The notes below the pieces were generated by a model. That model was not told where the DNA came from. It did no database searches and saw only the letters and a list, made by a program, of their open reading frames with translations. From positions 4,340,001-4,404,000 of the forward strand of contig NC_091998.1 in NCBI RefSeq assembly GCF_044704955.1: a DNA stretch of 64,000 nucleotides, written 5' to 3'. Origin of the DNA: Pristiophorus japonicus (taxonomy: Eukaryota). Within the stretch, counting starts at the first letter, position 1. The number at the start of each line of letters is the position of its first letter. This document shows positions 26,114 through 37,300 of this stretch, in pieces. A program made the translations under genes and the position numbers.

Positions 26114-29100
26114 ATGGCGAACAACGGATCAGATGAAAAGTACAATGCGAGAGACAATTCGGAGGACTTTATAGAAAGGCTCCAGCAAAGCTTTGTAACC
26201 AAAGACTGGTTAGGCGATGATAAGGTAGTCAAGAGAAGAGCCCATCTCTTGACCAGCTGTGGCTCGAAAACATACGCTTTAATGAAGGATCTGGTGGCAC
26301 CCAAGAAACCAGCAAGCGAGTCATTTGAAGAATTGAGCACACTGGTAAGAGACCACCTGAAGCCAGCGAGCAGCCTACAAATGGCCAGACACAGGTTCTA
26401 CGACTACAGACGCTGTGTGGGCCAGAGCATACCCGACTTCGTGGCGGAACTTCGGAGGTTGGCTAGTTTATGTGAGTTCTCCGATGAACTGAGGAGAGAA
26501 ATGCTGAGAGACATTTTCATTGAAGGAATAAGCCATGCAGGCATATTCCGAGAGCTCATAGAGACCAAGAACCTGACCTTAGAGGCAGCAGCACTGGTTG
26601 CACAGACATTCTTGGTAGGGGAAGAACAACAAGGTTGATTTACAATGCAGGTATGACAACTAACAAAATATCGGAACAAGAAGTTCACAGCACTAAACAA
26701 GCTGCTACCCCCACACACAGACAAAACCGGGAGAGCAGGTTCTCGATAGCAGGCAAAAGACATCAAGGGCCACAGGAACGGCCGTTCACACCTTATCAAC
26801 CCACAATGCGAGCAATCACTACAAACTGAGAGAAGCTCAAGAGAGATCAGCCAGACGCAGCTCATTCTTTGGAAACTTTTTGAACAATGGAACAGGTCTG
26901 TGCTGGAGGTGTGGGGGTGGGCACTCGTCAAGGGGATGTCGATTTCAGCAGGCTGTTTGCAGAAATTGTGAATATACAGGGCATTTGGCCCGCATGTCCA
27001 AAAAAACGGCAGCTCGGCTAGTATACGAATCGGATGGGTCGGAAAGCGGACCAGAAGATGGTGGGGACAGTACCCGGGACACCGGTGTACAGCGGGTCAA
27101 TACAATTAATGGCCGCTGCTCCTACAACAGGACGCCTCCTATAATGATGAGGGTCCTACTCAATGAGATATCTGTCAACATGGAGCTGAATACGGGAGCG
27201 AGTCAATCTCTCATGGGCGCTCAACAATTTGAACAACTGTGGTCGCATAAAAGAGACAGACCAAAACTCACAAGGGTCGACACTACTCTAAGGACCTATA
27301 CCAAAGAAATCGGACCAGTCCTCGGCAGCGCCATGCCCTCTGTCACACACAAAGGGACAGTGAACCGACTTCCCCTGTGGATTGTCCCCGGAGACCCCCC
27401 AGCACTGCTGGGGAGAAGCTGGCTGGCAAAACTAAACTGGAAAAGGGATGATGTCCATGCCATGTCATTAGAGGAACGGACCTCCTGCTCAACAGTTATA
27501 AAGCGATTTGAACATCTCTTTCAGCCAGGTGTGAGCACTTTCAAAGGGCCAAAGTCAAAATCTACATCACACAGGATGCTAGAACGGTCCATCACAAGGC
27601 CAGAGCTGTACCCTATGTGATGAGGAAAATGATTGAACACGAACTAGACAGGCTTCTGCGGGAAGGCATTATATCACCTGTGGAATTTAGCGACTGGGCA
27701 AGTCCCATCATCCCAGTCATGAAGCCTGATGGATCCGTACGAATCTGTGGGGACTACAAATCTACCATAAACAGAGTCTCCCAATAGGACCAGTACTCGC
27801 TGCCCAGAGCGGAGGACTTATTTACCACATTGGCTGGAGGTAAACATTTCTCAAAATTAGACCTCACATCTGCGTATATGACGTAAGAATTGACCGAGGA
27901 ATCCAAGCTACTCACCACCATCAACACACATCGAGGCCTTTTCATGTACAATCGATGCCCATTTGGGATCAGGTCGGCAGCTGCCATATTCCAGCGCAAC
28001 ATGGAGAGTCTGCTCAAGTCCATCCCGGGAACGGTTGTATTTCAAGACGACATACTTATCACGGGCAGGAACACCGACTCCCATCTCCGTAATTTGGAGG
28101 AAGTACTAAAGCGGTTGGATCGGGTAGGCCTACAAGAAATCCAAGTGCCTGTTTCTCGCACCCGAGGTTGAATTTTTGGGCAGAAGGATTGCCACTGATG
28201 GAATCCGCCCAACAGAGTCCAAAACAGAAGCAATTCGTCTGGCACACAGGCCCCGGAATGTCTCAGAACTGCGCGCCTTTCTCGACTACTCAATTACTTT
28301 GGGAACTTTATGCAGAACTTAAGCATGATGCTGGAGCCTCTCCACGTGCTACTGAGAAAGGGGTGCGATGGGTTTTGGGGGGACGCCCAGGAACGCGCCT
28401 TCAATAAGGCACGCAACCTTCTGTGTTTCAACAGTGTTTTGACTTTCTTTGCCCCAGGTAAAAAGCTAGTCCTCACATGCAATCCGTCAGCATATGGGGT
28501 CGGGTGCGTTTTGCAACATTTCAATAGTGCGGGCAAATTACAACCCATAGCTTATGCTTCCAGGTCACTTTCGCGGGCGGAGCGCGGGTCCGGAATGGTC
28601 GAGAAGGAGGCGCTCGCGTGTGTGTACGGTGTCAAAAAGATGCACCAATACCTTTTCGGGGCCAAGTTCGCATTAGAAACCGACCACAAGCCCCTCACGT
28701 CCCTCCTATCCGAGAGCAAGGCAATAAACGCCAACGCCTCGCCGCAAATTCAACGGTGGGCACTTATGCTGGCGTCCTACGACTATACCATAAGGCACAG
28801 ACCAGGCACAGACAACTGTGCCGACGCGCTCAGCAGGCTACCCCTGGCAACCACGGAAGGGTCTGACGAACAGGACTGTGAGATAGTCATGGCAATCAAT
28901 GCCTTTGAGTCCACAGGTTCGCCCATGACAGCTCGCCAAATCAGAGCCTGGACGGCCAGCGACCCCACGTTATCCTTAGTAAAAAGATGTGACCTAACTG
29001 GTGACTGGGCAGAGGCTCGCGATGCCTGCCCCGAGGAATTAAAACCCCTTCACAGGCGCATGCATGTGCTATCACTACAAGCAGACTGCCTGATGTGGGG

Positions 29101-30290
29101 CAGCCGAGTAGTCATGCCTCTGCGAGGCAGAGAGGCATTTGTCTGGGAGCTCCACCGCGAGCACCCGGGGATCATTCTCATGAAGGCCATAGCCAGATCC
29201 CACGTCTGGTGGCCTGGTATTGACACGGACCTGGAGCTCTGCGTCCGAAGGTGCACCATTTGTGCCCAACTCAGCAATGCCTCAGGGAGGCTCTACTGAG
29301 CCCCTGGCCCTGGCCTACCAAACCGTGGTCGCGGGTGCATGTAGACTATACGGGCCCATTCATGGGCAAATTGTTCCTCTTGTTTGTAGATGCATTTTCA
29401 AAGTGGATCGAATGCAACATTTTAAACTCGAGCACAACCTCCACCACTGTGGAGAGCCTCGCAACCATGTTTGCAACGCACAGAATCCCTGACATATTGG
29501 TCACTGACAATGGTCCGTGCTTCACCAGCGCTGAATTCCAAGACTTTACAATTGACCACGGCATAAATCACGTCAAGACGGCACCGTTCAAGCCGGCCTC
29601 CAACGGCCAGGCGGAGAGAGCAATGCAAATCATTAAACAAGGTATGCTTAAAATCCAAGGTCCCACGCTGCAGGATCGCCTGTCACGACCGCTGCTGGCA
29701 TACAGATCTCGTCAGCATTCATTGACTGGGATCCCCCCACGCAACTGTTGATGAAAAGGACTTTAAAAACAAGGCTCTCATTAATCCTCCCAGACATGCA
29801 CGAAACCGTTGAGGCAAAGCGCCGTAAGCTGACTGAGTACCATGACAGAAATTCGAGGGGGTGATGGAATGAGATAGGGGACAAAGTGTTTGTACTAAAC
29901 TATGGTAGGGGTCCCAAATGGCTTGCAGGGACAGTAACGGGCAAGGAAGGAAACAGGCTACTGGTAGTACAAATGGACAATGGCAAAACCTGCTGGAGGC
30001 ATGTAGACCAAGTCAAAAGTAGATTTACCAACAACACTGCGGAACCAGAGGCAGACTACAATGTGGAACTCGCACCACGCCTGGTGGACAGACAGAGGGA
30101 ACAACCTGAGGAAAGGGCAATCCCAACAGACAGCCCAGGCGAGTCAACAACAATCACACCAATCGAAACAGACAGCCCAGGCGAGATACCAGCAATCACA
30201 CCCAAAGAAAAACAGACACCAAGGCAAACAACTGAACCACAACTCAGACGCTCCACGCGAGAGCGTAGACCACCTGCAAGACTGAACCTA
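26114..30290 (+). pseudogene. gag-pol polyprotein (gag, zinc knuckles, protease, RT, RNase H, integrase), multiply disrupted
   Basis: Motifs: CWRCGGGHSSRGC and CRNCEYTGH (knuckles), ELNTGAS (protease Asp mutated), VFQDDIL (RT), EKEALACVYG and ETDHKPL (RNase H), HPG...VWWPG..C..C, VHVDY, TDNG and NGQAER (integrase). Several stops and frameshifts. Confidence 0.93.
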
Positions 30291-30320
30291 CAAAGACAAT
30301 AAGACCTTGGGGGAGGGTGA

Positions 30321-30568
30321 TGTCATGTATCTTACATTATTGTATATAACTGTATCCTAACATGCTATACATGACTGTAATAAGATATAACCTGTAACCA
30401 CCAGCATACCTTACCACCAGGGGTGCACTTGCAAGAGACAGGTATATAAGGACAGGTCTCAGGCAAGTACAGCATTCCAGCGCTGTGAAATAAAGGTGCA
30501 GGTCCAGAGTGACCTTGACTTCACTACATGCCTCATGTGAATCTGTACTGAGGGGACAGGACTTTACA
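30321..30568 (+). repeat. 3' LTR
   Basis: Preceded by the PPT GGGGGAGGGTGA and followed by the GATGG TSD and the CR1 continuation. Confidence 0.95.
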
Positions 30569-31377
30569 GATGGAGTGTAGCGAAGGTTCACCAGACTGAT
30601 TCCTGGGATGGCAGGACTGACATATGAAGAAAGACTGGATTGACTAGGCTTATATTCACTGGAATTTAGAAGAATGAGAGGGGATCTCATAGAAACATAT
30701 AAAATTCTGACGGGATTGGACAGGTTAGATGCAGGAAGAATGTTCCTGATGTTGGGGAAATCCAGACCAGGGGTCACAGCCTAAGGATAAGGGGTAAGCC
30801 ATTTAGGACCGAGATGAGGAGAAACTTCTTCACTCAGAGCATTGTGAACCTGTGGAATTCTCTACCACAGAAAGTTGTTGAGGCCAGTTCATTAGATATA
30901 TTTAAATGGGAGTTAGTTGTGGTCCTTATGGCCAAAGGGATCAAGGGGTATGGAGAGAAAGCAGGAATGGGGTACTGAAGTTGCATGATCAGCCATGATC
31001 ATATTGAATGGTGGTACAGGCTCAAAGGGCTGAATGACCTACTCCTGCATCTATTTTCTATGTTTCTGTGTTTCTTTCTATGTGACAGTGTCGTGACTTC
31101 TGGATTTCATCCACCCCAATGATGTAACACATGCACCGAGCTTGCATGCACCAGGGGGTAGGTAGAACGTGATCCATCTTCTCTGAGTTCCCTCTCTCCC
31201 CTCCAATCCCACCCACCCCAGCCCCGCAACCAAGCTCTCTCTCTGCGCCCCCCCCTCCCCCAGGCTCTCTCCCCCCCCCCCCCACCCCCGCCAAGCTATA
31301 TGTCTCTGCCCACCCCACCCCACCACCCCCCCCCAGCTCTCTCTCCCTGCCTCTTGCTCTCCCCGGTGCCGTGGTAG

Positions 31378-31587
31378 GCTCGGGGCCCGCTCGGCGCTGT
31401 GGGAGGCTCGGGGACTCGGGGCCCTCTCGGCGCTGTGGGAGGCTAGGGGACTCGGGGCCCGCTCGGCGCTGTGGGAGGCTCGGGGACTCGGGGCCCTCTC
31501 GGCGCTGTGGGAGGCTAGGGGACTCGGGGCCCGCTCGGCGCTGTGGGAGGCTAGGGGACTCGGGGCCCTCTCGGCGCTGTGGGAGGT
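31378..31587. repeat. GC-rich 36-bp minisatellite (about 6 copies, 72-bp higher-order alternation)
   Basis: Unit GGGAGGCT(C/A)GGGGACTCGGGGCCC(G/T)CTCGGCGCTGT. The G/T site alternates strictly. Confidence 0.92.
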
Positions 31588-31754
31588 TCAGCGGATGTGT
31601 TCACCTGCTGCTGGATGGATCGGAGGCAATGTGGCGTTGGACACATGGGCAGAAAAGGGTTCGTGAGAATTGCACTGGGGGAGGAGGGGCGGAGTCGGTG
31701 ATATTTGTCCTATCTCTTGCTTCTACGCATGTGTCGGAAGACTTAGTTACTTTG

Positions 31755-31989
31755 TTAAAGCATCCCCATCATGCAACTGTGGAGCTCCTAATCAGACCCT
31801 GGAGCATATCATTGAGCACTGTCCTCAGAGGGAATTTGCAGGCAACCTACAAGATATAGAAACAGAGAAACATAGAAATTTACAGCGCAGAAGGAGGCCA
31901 TTTTGGCCCACGCTGTTACACTGGAAGCTTTGGCCTGGATATCCAACTTGGATATTGACGTTTGATTATTACCATACGAAAGAAGAAGA
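31755..31989 (+). mobile_element. Vingi/Ingi-like LINE 3' end, interrupted by a 50-bp antisense CR1 tail (31858-31907)
   Basis: Peptide SPSCNCGAPNQTLEHIIEHCP (CCHC) continues QDI|HAVTLEALAWISNLDIDV*. The 3' end is CCATACG-AAAGAAGAAGA. Confidence 0.7.
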
Positions 31990-33308
31990 CGACAGCACAG
32001 TGCCACCAGATTGTCTGCCTGTCTAATAACGTTTTTTTAATTCGGCAGTTACAAAACTTTGCTGCTTTTCCTTGAAACTTTCTCCAAGTCTGGGAGTGCA
32101 GTTTGCATGTGACTGACAGCAATATAGTGGCATTGTGGCAGTCAGATGTTGCTGAGGGAAGGGGAGAAGGCCAAAACAGAAATCTAACCAGAAGGCTGGG
32201 TGGTTCCTGTCTCTTCTGGTCCTTCCCTTTCATTTCTTTCTGTCAGAATGTTATTCCCTCATGTCTCCTGCCTGTTGTAGGTCTGCATATTTATACATCT
32301 GAGGTCAAGAATCAGGTCAAGGGTAGCAGAATAAAGTAAAAATACTGAATTCATAGTTCATTAGATGCTGTTTCTGCTCTCATTTATTCTTTAGTTTAAG
32401 TGCGTAACCTATTTCCAAGAAAAACTCAATTTGCTTAACAGGCATAATCACTTACCATGATCCTCAGGGAAAGGCCACTTTGAGTGTTGATGAGGCTGGA
32501 TGTCAGCTTTTTGACTGAAATAAATAGATGTGTAAAAGGTGCCGTGACCTGGCACTGAAAAGTGTACGTAGGCTGGCAGTGCGCCAGTGAGTCACCGTAT
32601 GCTCAGGTCCCAAGTGCACGAGGCCAACCAGAAGACAGGAGAAACAATCTTGGAGACACTTTAGTGGACATCCTACCACAACAGCCTCTCGCAGTTACCT
32701 CTCAAGTCTAATTTTGACTCTGCTTTTGGCCTTGTTTTTAGTTACTTACATTTGGAGAGCAAGCTAAGAGTTTCAGTTCAGTCTCTGAGCCAGATGATGC
32801 CTGGGAGTTATCTGAACTCGGCTCGTGGTTTATAAAATGATCTGAACTTCTGATTTAATGTATACACGGTGATAAATCAAACTTAAACATGTAAAAGTGA
32901 TGTGATTTTGCAAACATTCCCGTTGAATTGCATCTTTATTATACATTATGACACATTCACAGAGAGTCACTCCTGTGTGAAATTGTACTGATGGGACAAA
33001 CAATGAAGTTCGCAGTATCAACAGAAAAGCCATTCAGAGTGCATCTTAATCACCCTGTAAAACGGCACTGTCCTGCAAAAGGTTTCCACTTGTTTTCCTA
33101 AATGAGTTGTGACACTAATTGTTCACCACTTGTTCCTTTTGCCTCCTGTCCGATTCCCTTGTTGAGTTTCCTGAAGACCGGATGCACCTGTCTGAGGATC
33201 ACAGCACGAAGATGACAACTTTTATTTTCAATTTTATTATTGAAAATCAAGAAATGCTTCACTGTTCCAGCTGTCCTCCAATTCTACTGTCCAACATGAA
33301 CTCTTATT

Positions 33309-33605
33309 GGGCCCAAATTTGCCTAGGAGTTGCTGTTTTTTTTTGAGCAACTTGATTTTTCTGGAGTATCTTAAAAATCCCCATTCTGCAAATTTAATTT
33401 GTGCCAGTGTAAGTGAGTTAGTTTTGATTTTTTTTAGTTTAGCTTTTTTTTCAAAAGGGGGCGTTACCAGCCATCTAGGCCTGTTTTGGCCATTTAAGCC
33501 AGTTTGGACAGCTAATCGTTGCTCCAAACTAACTTAGGCCAGCGTATGTGGCCACTTGTGGCCACACAGAAAACCCTTGCGGAGAGTTAAGAAATCAGCG
33601 CAGGT
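33309..33605. mobile_element. Left arm of a Harbinger-related non-autonomous element
   Basis: Begins GGGCCCAAATTTGCC and shares TTAGGCCAGC(G/A)TATGTG and AAA(A/C)CCTT blocks with the Harbinger left end at 8590-8630. Confidence 0.6.
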
Positions 33606-34342
33606 AGCCTCCAAATGACAGTGTTATGATAGGAATGCTAGTTTTTTTTTAAATCCCAAGCAGCGAGACTGGACAGTGTGTAGGTGCTATCAGCCTGATG
33701 AAACTGAGTGTGAGGTTTTTACAAGAATAAAAATGATTTGTAATGAAGACTGAAGTATAGGGGCCACTTAAGCAAGGGGAGGGTTTTCTTTGTAAATAAT
33801 AGATCAAGAGCACCAACATTCTCGCCTAATATATTCGTGTGCAGCATCACACCACATTGGATTTTGGCACCAGAATTGCCCTGACGAGGTTTAGAAATTT
33901 AAAACGTTAGACTTAACAAAAAAAGCATGTCAAAATGTAAACTTAAATTTTGGTGTTCAGCATTGCGTAGTGTGACTTTGATAATTAGTAATATTTTAGA
34001 ATTCTATGCAGTAGTGAGTGAGCTGTAAGATCCTGCACAGAGGAAATTTTTAGTAAAGCTGGCTAGATATTAAAGTACTGGAAAATCTTTGAAGATTCTT
34101 TTCCCCCCGCCCCGATCAAAACTCTTCCCCCCGCCCCCGCCCCCGACCCCCCCGCACCCTACCCACGATCAAAACTCTTCCCACCACCAACCTGTTTGTT
34201 GTAGTCCTCAGCACGGGAAGGCAGTGGCCGGCCTGTGCGGCAGGCCACTCGGCCTGGGACAGAGGCGGGACGTGTTGGGTCCCACGCTGCAGGCATCAGC
34301 ATCGCAATCATGGGAGGAGCTACTGCGCATGCGTGAAAACTC

Positions 34343-37300
34343 TAGAAACATAGAAACATAGAAAATAGGTGCAGGAGTAGGCCATTAGGCTCTTCGAGCC
34401 TGCACCACCATTCAATAAGATCATGGCTGATCATTCCCTCAGTACCCCTTTCCTGCTTTCTCTCCATACCCCTTGATCCCCTTAGCCGTAAGGGCCATAT
34501 CTAACTCCGTCTTGAATATATCCAATGAACTGGCATCAATAACTCTCTGCGGCAGGGAATTCCACAGGTTAACAACTCTCTGAGTGAAGAAGTTTCTCCT
34601 CATCTCAGTCCTAAATGGCCAACCCCTTATCCTAAGACCGTGTCCCCTGTTTCTGGACTTCCCCAACATCGGGAACATTCTACCCGCATCTAACCTGTCC
34701 CGTCTCGTCAGAATCTTATATGTTTCTATGAGATCCCCTCTCATCCTTCTAAACTCCAATGTATAAAGGCCCAGTTGATCCAGTCTCTCCTCATATGTCA
34801 GTCCTGCCATCCCGGGAATCAGTCTGGTGAACCTTTGCTGCATTCCCTCAATAACAAGAACGTCCTTCCTCAGATTAGGAGAACAAAACTGAACACAATA
34901 TTCCAGGTGAGGCCTCACCAAGGCCCTGTACAACTGCAGTAACTGGTGCAAGGGTCAAGGATGTCTCGGAGCGGCTGCAGGGCATTCTGGAGAGGGAGGG
35001 TGAACAGCCAGTTGTCGTGGTACATGTAGGTACCAACGATATAGGTAAGAAGTGGGAAGAGGTCCTACAAGCTGAATTTAGGGAGCTAGGATTTAAATTA
35101 AAAAGTAGGACTGCAAAGGTAGTAATCTCTGGATTGCTACCAGTGCCACATGCTAATCAGAGTAGAGGGAGCAGGATAGTTAGAATAAATACGTGGCTTG
35201 AGCAGTGGTGCAAGAGGGAGGGATTCAAATTCCTGGGACATTGGAACCAGTTCTGGGGGAAGTGGGACCTGTTCAAAAGGGACAGTCTGTACTTGGGCAG
35301 GACTGGAACTGATGTCCTGGGGTAATATTTGCTAATGCAGTTCGGGAGTGTTTAAACTAATATGGCAGGGGGATGGGAACCTATGCAGCAAAACAGGGCG
35401 AAGTAATATGGAGTCAGAAACAGATGGTAGAAAGGTAAAAAGCAGTAGTGGAAGGCCGAGTAAACAAAGGCAAGAAAGAAAAAGGGCCACACGACATCAT
35501 AATTCTAAAAGGACAAAGGGTGTTAAAAAAACAAGCCTGAAGGCTTTGTGTCTTAATGCAAGGAGTATCCGTAATAAGGTGGATGAATTAACTGTGCAAA
35601 TAGATGTTAACAGATATGATGTGATTGGGATTACAGAGACGTGGCTCCAGGATGATCAGGGCTGGGAACTCAACATCCAAGGGTATTCAACATTCAGGAA
35701 GAATAGAATAAAAGGAAAAGGAGGTGGGGTATCATTGCTGGTTAAAGAGGAGATTAATGCAATAGTTAGGAAGGCTTGGATGATGTGGGATTTATATGGA
35801 TAGAGCTGCAGAACACCAAAGGGCAAAAAACGTTAGTGGGAGTTGTGTACAGACCTCCAAACAGTAGTAGTGATGTTGGGGAGGGCATCAAACAGGAAAT
35901 TAGGGGTGTGTGCAATAAAGGTGCAGCAGTTATCATGGGTGACTTTAATATGCACATAGATTGGGCTAAACAAACTGGAAGCAATACGGTGGAGGAGGAT
36001 TTCCTGGAGTGCATAAGGGATGGTTTTCTAGACCAATATGTCGAGGAACCAACTAGGGGGGAGGCCATCTTAGACTGGGTGTTGTGTAATGAGAGAGGAT
36101 TAATTAGCAATCTCGTTGTGCGATGCCCCTTGGGGAAGAGTGACCATAATATGGTGGAATTCTGCATTAGGATGGAGAATGAAACAGTTGATTCAGAGAC
36201 CATGGTCCAGAACTTAAAGAAGGCTAACTTTGAAGGTATGAGGCGTGAATTGGCTAGGATAGATTGGCGAATGATACTTAAGGGGTTGACTGTGGATGGG
36301 TAATGGCAGACATTTAGAGACCGCATGGATGAACTACAACAATTGTACATCCCTGTCTGGCGTAAAAAATAAAACAGGGAAAGTGGCTATCAAGGGAAAT
36401 CAGGGATAGTATTAAAGCCAAGAAAGTGGCATACAAATTGGTCAGAAATAGCAACGAACCCGGGGACTGGGAGAAATTTAGAACTCAGCAGAGGAGGACA
36501 AAGGTTTTGATTAGGGCAGGGAAAATAGAGTACGAGAGGAAGCTTGCAGGGAACATTAAAACGGGCTGCTAAAGCATCTATAGATATGTAAAGAGAAAAA
36601 GGTTAGTAACGACAAACGTAGGTCCCCTGCAAACGTAGGTTCCCTGTTATGACTTCCCAGGGGAAGTCATAACAGGGAACAAAGAAATGGCGGACCAATT
36701 GAACAAGTACTTTGGTTTGGTATTCACTAAGGAGGACACAAACAACCTTCCGGATATAAAAGGGGTCAGAGGGTCTAGTAAGAAGGAGGAACTGAGGGAA
36801 ATCCTTATTAGTCGGGAAATTGTGTTGGGGAAATTGATGGGATTGAAGGCCGATAAATTCCCAGGGCCTGATGGTCTGCATCCTAGAGTACTTAAGGAGG
36901 TGGCCTTGGAAATAGCGGATGCATTGACAGTCATTTTCCAACATTCCATCTGCCTTGCATTTGCCCACTCACCTAACCTGTCCAAGTCATCCTGCAGCCT
37001 CCTTGCATCCCCCTCACAGCTCACACCGCCACCCAGTTTAGTGTCATCTGCAAACTTGGAGATATTACACTCAATTCCTTCATCCAAATCATTGATGTAT
37101 ATTGTAAAGAGCTGGGGTCCCAACACTGAGCCCTGCGGCACTCCACTAGTCACTGCCTGCCATTTTGAAAAGGACCTGTTTATCCCGACTCTCTGCTTCC
37201 TGTCTACCAACTAGTTCTCTGTCCACGTCAGTATATTACCCCCAATACCATGCGCTTTGATTTTGCACACCAATCTCTTGTGTGGGACCTTGTCAAAAGC

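Larger units (their letters stand above)
25542..30568 (+). mobile_element. Gypsy/Ty3 LTR retrotransposon (Mag/K02A2.6-like), full length, decayed, with a compound 5' end
   Basis: LTRs at 25542-25788 and 30321-30568 (TG..CA, about 12 substitutions plus 1 indel by eye), a partial LTR at 25983-26078, GATGG TSD, PBS at 26080 and PPT at 30309-30320. Confidence 0.95.
24802..31082 (+). mobile_element. CR1 3' half acting as host of the Gypsy insertion (pieces 24802-25541, 25789-25984 duplicate, 30569-31082)
   Basis: Motifs YLDFQTAFDKVP, SGIPQGSVLGP, FADD and RPHLEYCVQFW are present. The sequence resumes after the LTRs and ends in a TTTCTATG tail. Confidence 0.92.

Noticed and set aside
31371-31859. 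162-aa ORF with RRCGRLGDSGP repeats
   Set aside because: It is a by-product of the 36-bp GC-rich tandem repeat, with no other support for coding.
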